DNA from: Lingula anatina
Lineage: Eukaryota; Animalia; Brachiopoda
Direction: 5' to 3'
Length of the DNA: 64,000 bases
Assembly (NCBI GenBank): GCA_051362555.1
Contig: CM120644.1
Span: 9,184,954 to 9,248,953 of the forward strand
The position numbers and the translations under genes are program-made. The notes below the pieces were generated by a model. That model saw only the letters and a list, made by a program, of their open reading frames with translations. It did no database searches and was not told where the DNA came from. This document shows positions 14,400-27,176 of the stretch, one piece after another. Within the stretch, counting starts at the first letter, position 1. Each line of letters begins with the position of its first letter.

Positions 14400-14752
14400 A
14401 TGGTACCGTGTGGCTGCCTTAAATTCCCTGACAGATCGTTTTCTGTCAGAATGAAAATCCCCATGATCTTGTCTGCTGTGTTGCTGATTATCACAGGTAC
14501 CGGTAATTAATTTATATATTTATATATATATATGGGAGCTAATTGTTATTGATTGATCAGTATGTAGTTTGACTCATAATTCAAATCTTTTTCTTGCCAG
14601 GTTTCATTCACATTGGACTGGGCGCCAAGCAGGAAATGATGACGCAACACATGCTATGTACGTCAGCAGGTCACGTGTGGTGGGTTGGTATCCTGGTATG
14701 TAGCAGGTTCCTCTTCCAACTGCTCCTCCCTCCCTCCCCCTCTCTATCTCTC

Positions 14753-14806
<54 letters not shown>

Positions 14807-16634
14807 AATTGGTATTCAATTCGCTTAATTTCGAGATTCGTCGATATCAATGTACACGTATTTCTTCGTGTATTTCCAGGGTGTTGTGTTCGGTGTTCCT
14901 GCCATAATAATAACATTAAAAAGTGCAAGAAAGCTTGTAAGTCCATATAATGTATATGTGTAAACTTAAATGAGCGGGAATTATCATTATGATTATAATC
15001 ACCATATCAAATTATGATTCTACAGAGTGTTTAACCTGTATATTAGATCTTTCGTTGATTGTTTTAAAGTTTTTGTTTGCATCTTTGACTATGACAGCAG
15101 ATGCTGTGCTCCTCCCCAACATGACTTTTGTCAGTTAACCATCGACACTACCGTTCCTTTCGTTTTACTTTCTTCATTTTAATAATTCTCCTCTGATATA
15201 ATAGGGATAATCTGCTTCTGATTTACGTCCGCTGTTTGTTGCTTTAATTGATACACGTACTTCTGAAATGGTAGACAAAAGTCAACCGTTTGCCTGAAAT
15301 GCATTTCAGTTTTAATGAATAGGTTTGTTTAACATCCGTGCATGAATAAATGTAATCATGCAACGCAGTGTAACGAGTTTTGTCAATTTTGTTTAATTGA
15401 TTGTGCTCGTTTTGAATTTTGATGAAAAAAAACATGCCTTCGTTCTCAGGCTTTGCTGTGGTGCGCCGTGGCCATGACGGTGGGCATTATAGCCATACTT
15501 GTAGACATGACCACTGTACAGACGTTTCCTGTAGAGTAAGTACGCGTTATGATAAAAGAGTGAAAGCGGACGTTCCAAGATATACTTCACATGGTTATCG
15601 TTTGATTTATCAATTATGGGTCACTTTTTGTTAGTGTTATATATGTTGACGGTATATTATAACGTAGCCGGGCCAAATATGTTGTTTTGATTTAAATGTT
15701 GATTTTCGTAATTTTACTGTGTTGAAAGTCACTTCATTGACATTTTACTTAACTTTAAAGCTTGAAACGAATGTCCTTTTATTGTTCCGATAATTTGCTT
15801 ACAATGAAAAATAGCATGTCGTCAAAATATTGACGCTGGAGCCGAAGAGAAAAGTCAGTGGTCTTCCAATGAATTTAATGTTGTTAAATGCAACTGCACC
15901 ATATGGAGGCTCCGTTATTTGATAATGGGTTTTGTTTTACAGAAGTCGCTGCCAAACCACCACCACGATATCACCCATAACATCTTCAGTGGCTTACGAC
16001 AAAGCTCTTGACGTCATTGGCGATGACCTAAGCGACCCTCCTGGTGCGATGTTCCAAACTCCTCTTCTCCTGACATTGGTGCTGATGATGACATTTATCT
16101 GCTTTGAGGCGTTGTATATGGGTCCCATTAACATGTTCATAGCGTGTCATAGGTGTATTTGCTGCGATCCCGAGGTAAAGAGGCACATGCTGGCCAGACA
16201 AGGCGCATAATTGAACTATGGGGAATGAGGTGTAAAAGGAAGAAAAAAAATCAAGTCGTTCAGCTCGACATGCCTGTATGTGAAAAAAATCACAAAGAAC
16301 ACAAATATATAGGTGGTGTTTGTGCGCGCGCTTGTGTGTGTGTGTGTGTGTGCTTGTGTGTTACTAATTTGCACCAGCCAAGTCAGTCACCTCAGTAGCA
16401 AAGAGGTACATTTGTTTTACATAAAGTGTGTATGTAACAAAAGGTGTAGATATTATGCAAAAGCACCTCTGCAATGTTGCCTTTCTCTACAAAAAAGCTT
16501 CTTCTAAATATGTATTTTGTTGATAGTGTTGCTGTTTTAACAGCCAAGACGATTCATTTATGTTTTTATTCTGATTTCAGACAATTCCTTACATTGGTCA
16601 CAGCGAAGAATCATCCGGCCCACAAGTCACATGA
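14400..16634 (+). CDS. CD20/MS4A-like four-transmembrane protein; exons 14400-14502, 14601-14683, 14880-14936, 15450-15535, 15943-16174, 16581-16634 (204 aa)
   Basis: Manually spliced. All junctions are GT-AG with compatible phases (1,0,0,2,0), total 615 nt, Kozak-like aaaATGG. Protein: MVPCGCLKFPDRSFSVRMKIPMILSAVLLIITGTGFIHIGLGAKQEMMTQHMLCTSAGHVWWGVVFGVPAIIITLKSARKLALLWCAVAMTVGIIAILVDM...LLLTLVLMMTFICFEALYMGPINMFIACHRCICCDPETIPYIGHSEESSGPQVT. Four hydrophobic helices, a G..WWG..F motif at TM2 and a Cys cluster after TM4. Alternative exon-1 donor at 14497; the last exon could instead read through to 16210. Confidence 0.7.
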
Positions 16635-16999
16635 GTTGACTAGATCCAATCCACCTTATTGTACCTTTGCCATTTATCTTCATGCGGCCAAGTGGACTTT
16701 TTTTTAACTCAACTCGAAATACGTGTATGAGAACAGTTTTTATTCATACACTGTATTATATGTCCAATTGGTTAAGTATCAAAAGGATAGCAAAACCAGT
16801 TAACCAATTTGAATCTCAATTAAAATCCTCATAAATTGGATGTTTATTTATTTTCTGTACCATGGATAGTGTACGTGTACAACTTTGCTCTCGGTGCAGT
16901 ACGCCCCAGTTTTGTTGAGGTATCCCTGTACATAACTGCATACTATTATTATCAATCAATCAATTTTTCTTTTGAGATTTTCATAGATGTTTTCCCTCA

Positions 17000-17034
<35 letters not shown>

Positions 17035-19017
17035 GCAAGAACAAAAATAAAATGTGCATTTAATACATGTATGTTAGTCATTCTCAACACTAACGTTCTA
17101 TAATTAAATGGTAAATCAAGGGACTTAAATTGAGAAAAACGTTAGGTTTTTCGATGCACACAACTTTTTTTTTTTCAATTAATAATGTGACTCCTTTTGC
17201 ATAAATTTTACAATCCACATTTTTAAGCTTGCTCTACATTTTAAGACGGTAAAAGTTTGTAAATAGTTTGGAGAAAATATCGAGATTGCCAAACAATAAA
17301 TAATATGTCTAATAATCTTATATCCGAGGGTTTTATCTTCATTTTCTACATATATAAGATGATATGATAAGATGGCATGTCTACCGATTTGTGCAATATT
17401 CATAGTCAACAATGTACAGCGGCACTCACGGTACTAGATATGCCGATTTAAATTTTAAACATCCGAAAGACTTCGCTACACGTCTCATTCCTACTGAGAT
17501 AAAAATTGATTGTGTTAGCTGCGACAAGGTTCCACAACTGTCCTTTCCATTCATGTTATGTTCACCATCACATTTTGATCTGTTTTGTTTGGTTTCTGCA
17601 CGGGATATTGCACTCAGTTTCTGTCCCTTTGCATTTTTTGGTTTTTCAGTATTTTTTTCAATTAAGTCAAATTTATTTTACCGGCGACACACTTTAGCAG
17701 GTCTATTAGTCGTGGACCTAACCTTTCTTCTGACTTTATGAAAATGAGCACAATGCTTTACAAGGGCTACATGTAGATCGTATTGTTTGCAATTGTAGCA
17801 AAGAAAAGTTATAACGGGATTTTATGTTTCTGGAGGACAAAAAAATCTGCACGTCAGTGGTGTAAGGAAAAAACGCGGAAGTGAAACGGGGTAAATTTAT
17901 TGGAAGTGGGCCACTGAACTTTGCAACGGAATGTAATGCAATGGTTGGTAATAATTGACTTTTATGCGTGTCTTTATTGTCTTAACTACACTACTTCACA
18001 CAAGTGACTCTGACCTCTTTATCTTGAGATAAAAAGCGATCCAAGTTGCGGAACAGAGGGAAATATTATGTTATAGTTGGCATACGTAGCTATTGTAACG
18101 CTCTAGGTTTGACGTTGATTTAACTGTTTACTTGTAAACCATATTGTATTTGTAGTAGAAAAGCTAGAGACTATCTGGAAAAGAGGGAAAAGGTAAGATG
18201 TAATATTCGTTATTTCATCAAATTCAGAAAATACCATACAAGTTTCTTCCAGCGATCTTATAACCGTTATCTTAAGGTTTCTATGCATAATTATATTTCT
18301 GTTTACGTCTGTACTGGCTATATGAAATCAGCAGTTATCATATCACATGGGGTGCTCTGTACACTTACGGAATTTATTTATTCGCCTGATTTTATTCCAC
18401 AGCTATTTGCATTTAACATTATAAAGATACATCCTCCAGTCGTTTAACATGAACATAACATAACATAACATAACATAATTTTGATCTGTACTTGTATATT
18501 ATTACACTTAAAGACGACGTGTCTTACTTGCAGTAGAGCGGTCGAACTCTCCGCGAGGTTGAAGGACGTCCTCCACTATTAACGTGTTATTCCTGTAACA
18601 GATAAAACAAAAACTCTTCTCGCATTTATTTTACGCTTTCGGCCTTTTTTTCACGAATTTTTCGCGGTGTTTATACATCACCGTATGAAATGCACTATTC
18701 ATCTAATGCCAGTTAATTTAAAAGATAGGACAAACAGAATTGATAAGATAAGCGGTCGAACTCTCTACGAGGTAGACACCACGACGTCCACTATAAAGGT
18801 GTAATCCCAGTAACAGATGAAATAATTCTTCTCTCATTTGGCCTGACAAAATTGAAAAGTTGATTTATGTGCCGTGCCGACCTTAAGGTACTGGCGCATT
18901 TTTTTTTCAAGAAAAAAAGGCACATCGGGTATTGGTTTGGTAAGTGGCAGATATTCACAACTGACCCCATGAACTAAATGTGTTGTTTATCTGCTCTAAA
19001 ATCGCCCTCATTGTGCC

Positions 19018-19299
19018 CAGTGGCGGGTTTAGAGTGGGGGCAGGGGGGGGGGGGGGCGGGGGCTGCCCACCCCCTTCGCTTTCTGAAAAAAGTCACACCT
19101 CTAATATCCCCCTCTTGGAATTATAACTTGACTAGCTGATTTATAGTACTAAACTGTATTAAATGCTACCGTTCACCCTCTAAAACATTAAAATTCTTGG
19201 GACCCTTCCTCGGGCCCCGAACCCCACGCCAACTGGGGGAGGGGGTGTTGGCTTGGCATCCGCCGAACCCCCCTTCAAATAATCCTGGATCCGCCCCTG
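19018..19299. mobile_element. hAT-like MITE (282 bp) with 8-bp TSD
   Basis: Imperfect TIRs cagtggcgggtttag / ctggatccgcccctg. Flanks attgtgcc (19010-19017) and atggtgcc (19300-19307) differ by 1 base. Confidence 0.7.
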
Positions 19300-19659
19300 A
19301 TGGTGCCTTCACATTCCCTCCACCTAAGAAAAATACCGACCTTCTAGCTATAGTACCTGCTATGCTCGTTATACACTATGTGTGTTATCAATTTTGTCTG
19401 ACCCTAATGTAGTGTTTTATTAACTGAAAGACACAGACAAGGAAGTGACTGCGATCAGAGCAGTAATCGAGCCCTGCTGCAATACCTCTTTAATTAAATC
19501 AATAGAAACCTTGAGCAAATTTAAGTGTTGACCGAGAGAAAATATTTAATTTGGGTTTATGGTTGAATGAGTTATTTATGAATCTGTGAACATTATAATT
19601 ATTTTCTTCGTCTGAAAATTAAAATTAAGACAATAATAAATTAAAACGTGCGCATTAGC

Positions 19660-22350
19660 ACAACTACCCAGATCTTGAAATAGAAATAACCAATGAAATA
19701 AAACGAAAATTTTGGGAAGAAATCCATAGAAATACCAACAACAAACTCCGCACCTACACTGTAAAAACAGTGTTTAGCTCCTAAACACATTTCTAAGCGC
19801 CTGTTTTGTCTCACTTTTTCGACTCGTTTAGCTCCTAACATGCGTAGCTCCTTAACATGTTACACGCTTGTGTTTAGCAGTATGACGCGTTTGACGGCTT
19901 ATAAATGTAGGGTGTATTTGTTTAACTTTTAGGTGCTAAGGGTTTCAACTGTTTTAGTCGAACACACGCGAGCGCACGCGCGCGCGCACACACACACACA
20001 CAGACGAACTCACGGTCACCTTTATCTGCCAAAGTTATCTTTTTCTATAACAGGGTACCGTGAACTGTCAACATCGTTGACTTCCCACTATCATATTTAC
20101 AGCTGGACTTATTCATCCTTGTGTTAGCTGACCTTGCGAGGAATTTTATTGGAATGTATTTCTGAAAAGCAGGTTAGGAAAATTCACTATTTTATAAAGG
20201 CACGAAACAACTATCATTTTTACTTTAAAACCCCTTTCTCCATATTTTGATAAAATGCGTTACGGTATTGATATCTATTTATTTTTTCCGGAAGTAATGA
20301 ACAATAGAACATCAGGATGACTATACTACCTTATTTAAGCTTTCATCACATGCTGGTTATTTCGGTACCGATAGTCCGAATATTGTACAATTCGCACCGC
20401 TCTAGTCGCCGACTAACCCCAAGCCCATTTTGGAATTAACCACTAACTGTAGTTCAAACAGTATAAGACGTGTTTTGGTTATTTATATAAAAAACTGTTT
20501 TCAAAACATTATATAATGTTTTTCCAGAATGTTATAAACACGCTGATAAAACTCCACAAAATGACGTTACATGTATCATAAAATTTTGTAGAAACGGTCT
20601 TCGAATCTTTTTGCAAATTATAACGTTACTGTACATCATTTTGCATGGAGTTAAAACACCCATAACGTTACCATAATGTTCTTCTATATCATTGCCAGCA
20701 TGTAACCATCTGATAACGTCGTGAAAACGTTATTTGTTATTTGGATTATTACTTAAAGGTACATATGAACCGAGCATCGGTGGAGCGTGGGCTGTCAGTT
20801 ACACATATAAACCACTTCTACAAGATTCTTAGACGACTCAAGTAAAGTCGACATGCCAAGGGACAAACTGAATAAATCACTCGATCAGCCATAAAAGAGC
20901 TTTAGACGGTTCTTAAAATTTTTGGTCAGAAATTTAACCTACTTATGTGACCTACTTTTCTGCCCCATGTATATACAGGATAGTAAGCTAACAGAAAAAT
21001 CCATTCAAATATCATTTTTCGGGTAATATTAATCAATGCCTTCTGGCAATTTTCTTAATTATATTTTTTGAAACTATATACTGGTATTTGGTTGGTTTTT
21101 GAGCAAAAAATTGACTTTGTATGCATCTTAAATAGGCCTTTTATAAATAAGCACGCGTTACTGCAAGGAAGGACACCAAGCGTTAGAGCAGACTGCTCCA
21201 CGCCTTCAACAGCTCCACACGTTTACGAGGGGAAGTGTTAAGCCAAATTGTTGAGCCTGGTAATAAACTTATGGGACCGGTGAAACTAATCACATAGCTA
21301 AAAGTGCGACACTGTTAAACATTTTTATTTCTTCTGAAAGAAGCTTGAAAAGCTAAACTTGTTGTTCAGCTACCCTCTACCAGGGCGACAGATTGATTTT
21401 TCACAGATATTCACAGATATGTCTCTAGATAAATAGATAGTCATTTTGGTCTGATGTCGACTCAGCAAAAAATGTCCCCAAGAACTGCGGTCTTCGTATA
21501 GGGTATTGTCCAGCAGCTCCACGCGTTTAGGAATTCCACACCTATAGCAGCTCCATATGTTAAGCAGCCTCACGCGCTTAGCAGGGGAAGTGCTTAGCCA
21601 ATGTGCTTAGCTTGTGATAGACTTATTATAGATCCATATACCGGTGAAGCTAAGCACATAGCTAAACGTGTAACACTGCCAACGTGTCTAGAATTTTCTT
21701 CTGTGAAACGCTTGAAAAGCTAGACGTGCTTATCTTTTACACATATTTCTAAATGCGTATAGGTGCTTAACGTATGTTGTATGTATTTAAATGCTAAGCA
21801 CTGTTTTTACAGTGTACAGCCAAATTAAGAATTCCTATGAAGCTGAGCCATATTTGGCATTAAAAGTCCGTTTTACATATAAAAAAATTCTAGCCAAAAT
21901 GAGGGTCAGTGTCCACGAGTTAGAGATTGAAAGAGGCAGATATACCCACCCCAAAACAAAAATTGAGGACAGAAAGTGTCCTCACTGTAATGCAGTGGAA
22001 GATGAAGCTCACTTTTTTCTTGAGTGTACTACTTATAAACTAGACAGAGAAACATTATTTGCTGCCTTACCAGAGGTAAATGTGCAGGGTCTAACAGACG
22101 ATACACTATCCGCCCTATTAAATGTGTCAAATGAGAGAGGTGTGTCCGCACTTTAAAGTTTATAAACAGTGCTATGAGAAAACGGAAGCTATCCAAATCG
22201 AGATAACACCTGGTATTATACTTTTGTAAGTTTATTATTACTACATGTATTTAAACTTAAGTATATTATAATTAGTAGTGTAGAGAGCCTATAAATGTAC
22301 ACTCATTTCATGTGCTCAATAAATTATTATTATTATTTTTATTATTATTA
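19660..22350 (+). mobile_element. 5'-truncated non-LTR retrotransposon 3' end (RTEX/CR1-like), split by a CACTA-type MITE
   Basis: Removing 19757-21814 and one TA restores FWEEIHRNTNNKLRTYSQIKNSYEAEPYL..KMRVSVHELEIERGRY..KCPHC..VEDEAHFFLEC (C-terminal CCHC finger). It is followed by aataaa and an (ATT)n tail at ~22323-22350. 5' limit approximate. Confidence 0.75.
19757..21814. mobile_element. Non-autonomous CACTA/EnSpm-type DNA transposon (2058 bp), TA TSD
   Basis: TIRs CACTGTAAAAACAGTGTTTAGC / GCTAAGCACTGTTTTTACAGTG, flanked by TA on both sides. Internal diverged direct repeats at ~21210-21360 and ~21570-21725. Confidence 0.75.
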
Positions 22351-22600
22351 GAACACACTTGACTTAACGGTGTATCTTATGTAAAAAATCAACTGATTTA
22401 AGAAATTTGCTGAAATTTCTGGGGGGCTGGAGATTAGAAAACGCTGGAAATTAGTTACATGTAAATATACCTGCTTGTTTATGTTATTCTTATCTCACGA
22501 CATGACTTTATTAACATAGCAATGATTAAAACCTACGGCTCTGAGAAATTTCAGAAGGCATCAGCTTACAGTAGACATTTCTGATTTTCAGAAAAAAAAA

Positions 22601-23632
22601 ATGGTCATAAGCGGGGGCGTCATAGCAGGGATAGTAGTTGCCGTACTGGTGGTGATTGGTCTCATGGTGGCATCTTTTCTCTGCGGTCGTTACCAGCTTT
22701 GGCGCAAACTGCCATGTCTTCGTAAGAGACGCGATGTTGATGGTGAACATAATGACGGCTTCGATCCAGAAAGTGGGACGAAAATGGAAGTAACTCCACC
22801 AATGGCTTATGAAGAGGACCGCAATCCCACTCAGTCGATGTACTTGGATTTGCAGGGCACTTTGCCGCCGCCATCGCCCCTACCACGGTCCAGCAAGAAC
22901 CTCCAACCGCAGCCAAAGACGGAGGATCAAGATGATGGAGATATATACGAAAACGCGTCAGATTCACTCCCCAGGAGCAAAGAGGGGGCGGATATCCTGC
23001 CAGACACCAGTGGCGACCCTCGGAAAAGTGGTGCAACAGAATCTGGCGGGACCACCTCCCAAAGCGGAAACCCTGGCGACGAAAATCATGAAACTCAAGA
23101 AGAGGATGGTGACATTTATTCCGACGACCCAAGCAACAGGCCTCTCAGCGTCAGTGATGCTGAAGGTGATGTTGCACAAGAAGGCGCTGATGATATTTAC
23201 GACATCCCTAAAAGCACAGCAATCGAGACACCAGGAACTAAAGAGTCTAAAGAAACAGTACATGATGACGCAATCAACGTTGACGGCCACGTGATCTCCG
23301 GTAAAGGGAACGAAGCGCAGTCGAATGGGAAGGACGAAAGCCGACAGCCGACAACCGTGGTCGACCCCGAGGATGTCCTCGACATTGCTTGCGCTGAAAA
23401 GGAAGAACCCTACCCTGGAAACCTCGAACAGGAGGGAGAAGACGAGCAAAATACGGGCAGCGACACCTATGCTCCAGCGGTTATTGCTCATCCAGCGCCG
23501 CCTATTGGTGAACGGGACAGTAAAATTAGTGGCTCGTCTGCCCATAAAAATGGGGAAAACTCCGTGGTGAGGGAAATTCAAGGAGAATCAGATGACTTTT
23601 ATGAAGACATGACGTTGTCAACGAAAATATGA
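22601..23632 (+). CDS. Single-pass membrane protein with acidic, disordered, tyrosine-motif-rich cytoplasmic tail (LAT/TRAP-like architecture)
   Basis: 343-aa ORF with raised GC. Acceptor ttttcag at 22591 is followed by aaaATGG. TM GVIAGIVVAVLVVIGLMVASFLC, then C..RKLPCLRKRR. Motifs MYLDL, DIYEN, DIYSD, DIYDIP, DFYEDM. It could be the last exon of a longer receptor, since the frame is open from the acceptor. Confidence 0.8.
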   Translation: MVISGGVIAGIVVAVLVVIGLMVASFLCGRYQLWRKLPCLRKRRDVDGEHNDGFDPESGTKMEVTPPMAYEEDRNPTQSMYLDLQGTLPPPSPLPRSSKNLQPQPKTEDQDDGDIYENASDSLPRSKEGADILPDTSGDPRKSGATESGGTTSQSGNPGDENHETQEEDGDIYSDDPSNRPLSVSDAEGDVAQEGADDIYDIPKSTAIETPGTKESKETVHDDAINVDGHVISGKGNEAQSNGKDESRQPTTVVDPEDVLDIACAEKEEPYPGNLEQEGEDEQNTGSDTYAPAVIAHPAPPIGERDSKISGSSAHKNGENSVVREIQGESDDFYEDMTLSTKI

Positions 23633-25021
23633 AAGAAAAACAATTTGCAATTATGATTGTTTGCTCTAAGAATCGCTGGGTGGACATTGTAAAATACTAA
23701 TATATTGCCACGAATATCATTTTATATATTTTAGTACGATGCAGTGTATGTGTTTGTTTTCTGCTCGATTGATGAACAATCTTGTTTGCATGTAATATCT
23801 TATTATTTAGTTAAATATTGTCTAATCTTTCATGACTCAAGATTCAAACGAAACTTCACCAAGGTTTTTGTTGGAGGAGCTTTCGTGGATCAAGCAACTG
23901 ATTGAAGCTGGTATTATAATTTTTTTTTTTTTTTTTCAAGACTTTGACATTATTAGGAGGTAGCAGCTAGGTTTAGCCTCACAGTTACATTGCTTGTATA
24001 ATGATATGAGGAAAGAGGTGTGAATTACACATATCTAATTCATATATAAAATATATGACTATAACTTATCATTTGTTTTTGCTATTTTGTTAAGTTTTAA
24101 GCGCAGATTGAAAAAGTTTATCTCAATTTGAGAAATTTGAAATATAACCTAGAGAGAAAGAATAAAGCATTTTTTTATAGAAAGCACATCAGTGGAATTT
24201 TAATGCAGCGTCTTAATGTCGTAACAGGGGTAAATTAGGTAAATTATTTTCAAGATTTATCAATTTCCTTGAGTTAATGTTGACGAGTCAGAATGTATAC
24301 AGCTAACAATGATCTCAATCTTTTGATAACTTCAACAGTTGACTGAGTGGTCCAAGATGCTTTAGCATTATCTATTCCTTATTGTTATATTCGATAATCA
24401 TTGTCTCATAATCTAAAAAGTGTGCTTACTTTGCGTGATGATGATAGCATGCAGTTACTCCTGTTGTCAATTATATTTATGTATTGTCCGTCATGTTCGT
24501 CTTCTTCAACGGGTTTATCAGTGCACATAAATCTAATACCTAGTTTAAGGTAAGAATGAATGCAAATTAATGTTCGGTAGCCTAACCACTGTCTGTTGGT
24601 TCACTTTATCAATACCACTGGCGTTAATCAGTATTTATAAAGTATCATACAAGTGCCGCGTACAGATTATGAAGGGGTCACGATTACCCTGCTTAAAGAA
24701 CACGTGGCTTGAATTGACTGTTTATCTTTGAACGCAGCCGAATATTTTGGAGGTCGAGTTATATTTTTCTCACAAGCTCCTACTCATTGGAACTTCAACT
24801 CGATACAACATTTGAGGAAAGGATTATTTTTTTAAAAAATGTGAATAACGATTAATTCAGGTCTCTTATGAGACTATAGTGACATATTACGGAAGGCCAT
24901 GTGACACATACATGTATGATATGTACATGTAGTTACTATACACGTACAATAGAGGGTCATATGAGGGGGTGGTGGTAATCACGGTTTACGGGAAACAAAA
25001 TCATTAAATCATAAATCACAG

Positions 25022-25024
<3 letters not shown>

Positions 25025-25086
<62 letters not shown>
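25025..25086. repeat. (TA)n microsatellite
   Basis: About 31 AT units. Confidence 0.95.
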
Positions 25087-25088
<2 letters not shown>

Positions 25089-25860
25089 TTGATAATGCAA
25101 GTCCGGCGAGTTACAATCATACAATCACGAATCACCGAGTATAATGACTTCAATGCACGGAGGACGAGGAATAAAAGCTGCATTCACGAGTCATGGGAAT
25201 TGTTTGCTTCACGGATCACGTTTTATAATATGATTTTTTTTACTTTCATGAGTAATGAAACTATACAATGGGACCCTGGCACTAACTGCAGTTATATGTA
25301 CCGGTTAAGAGTTCAGACGGGAGATATTTATAACTTGTTTCAACGTAACTAGCCTGATAGGGATATCAGAGGAAATAGAGGCAGCGAGGTACACGTAGCC
25401 CTACCTAACAGACGAATATTGGTCAACAGTGAACTTTAACAAAATGTGTGGCCCGTGCCTTCGATTCAATGGAAGTCAGAAGATATGATAAAATCAAAAG
25501 GGATTTAACGGTATTGGGGGAGAGGTGGCTCATAAATAAGGACAGACTAGCCCAGCAGGCAAACGACATTGATTCTACGTTGATTCACTGATTCACTGAA
25601 AAGCCAGTCGTAAAACCCCCTAACAATAATGTAACGGATACTCCGCCTCTCACACGCGCTGTCCGAACAGTGGAGGAATTATTGGACCTCGAATTGCTTT
25701 CAATTGGCCACGCCATATTTGACCCACGGACTAGTTAGTGCCTCTATTGGTTGTGAATGCTCTCTAAGAAAAGATGGAAGTTTGGCTTAACGCTTCAATT
25801 TCAAACTAAATGATACATAAAAATAAAATGAGTTTCCAAAATCAAAACGATTAACGAAAT

Positions 25861-25894
<34 letters not shown>

Positions 25895-26319
25895 GAATAG
25901 AAAAATATTGCCATACACGTAGCAGTGTACCAACTAACGTTCCATTTAGCGTTTATCAGTATTTATAACATTGAGTGCAGCAGTGAGATTAAGAAGTGAC
26001 CTCAATGAACCCCTTTAAAGGAGGAATTCCTTGAAAACAGATTATCGTGTATTTCTTAACTCAAATGACCAAAGCTTATGAAGACCAAGCATTAAAGTTG
26101 TGTGACACATGTAAGTTAGCAATATTAACAACGCATGTATGTATACTACACGTGATAATGAATTATTGAGAAACAATGTAAGAAGAAGGTTCTATAAATA
26201 AAGATAAAAAAATTGTAGTTGAATGGTTGACAATCTGTTTCGTGTATCAATAGTTAACCACAAACAAACACATATTAGAATACCTGAAGCAAAAGGTAGT
26301 TACCAAGCACAACAATATC

Positions 26320-26477
26320 TGACCTGATAAGCGAAGCTGTGCGGTAAACGTGTGTAATCTAGTGTACACGGTTTAGTCACATAGCAAACAACCGACAGGC
26401 TTGGAATACGTGACAGAAGGCACACCAATACAGTTGTTTCTATATACTGATGTCCTGATCTTAACAACTCGGTAAGT
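26320..26477 (+). promoter_or_regulatory. Putative promoter / non-coding exon 1 and intron-1 donor of LRR copy 1 (paralogous donors at 35430 and 57907)
   Basis: ctcg|gtaagta donor is conserved in all three units (GT at 26472, 35430, 57907). Acceptors lie just before each ATG (28793, 45164, 60222). Conserved gataa and agcaaaca motifs lie upstream. Confidence 0.55.
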
Positions 26478-27176
26478 ACTATAGGTGGATTTTTCGTTCA
26501 TATGCTGAATATATTACTAACTTATCTCAATAGAAAAGGCACAGGTGTTTGGTAAAGCAAGTGGTTGCTGGGTGTCATTTTGTTTCACTTTCAAATGGGT
26601 TCACTTATCAGTGTACAGAAGGTAATGAAGAACAATGGCGGGCAAAGACATAACTGCTATCTTTTCAAAGGTAGTTCTTCCGCACAACCACTGCAATTGA
26701 ACTGGTAATCATAAGTGCATCAATTGCTCATTCTTCAACATACAAATTGATCATTTATTAACACACAACATTTACAAATGAAGCAAAGCAAAAAAAAAAA
26801 AAAAAAAAAAAAAAACATTGCGAGAGGACCTGTGTTCTTTAAGTAATACATTTTGTACTCCTTGAAATTAAAGACAAAGTAGGCGAACTTTCATCGAACA
26901 ATATTCTAAAGAATCTTATTAAGTCTTCCCTATTTGAATCTGAATCCATCGAGCATATGTCATCTCTACATCATGTAAATGTTTGTAACCTTTTTCAAAA
27001 GTCTGCTTTATGCTGAACAACTGACCCACCTTCTACATCTTGTGTGTCTAGCACTTGCATACACTGTACAAGGATTTATCGTTGAAATCACTGTGTATTC
27101 CAGGCCCTCTGCGTACTATCTAAAGATCTAGCGAAAGTTCTAAGTTCATCTTGATAAAAATAAAAATAAATGATTG

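Noticed and set aside
14451-16011. Secreted Cys-rich peptide from an alternative phase of the same exons (WCCVRCSC...)
   Set aside because: It needs a different exon-2 donor (14658) and ends in an unremarkable frame. The alternative phases give a coherent four-TM protein across all exons.
18537-18838. Two ~90-bp diverged direct repeats (agcggtcgaactct...gtaacagat)
   Set aside because: Only two degenerate copies, with no termini or coding signal, so no supportable functional call.
22662-23581. Overlapping and antisense ORFs over the adaptor (also 52904-53536 over YR and several over the transposase)
   Set aside because: These are shadow frames of real coding sequence with no independent motifs.
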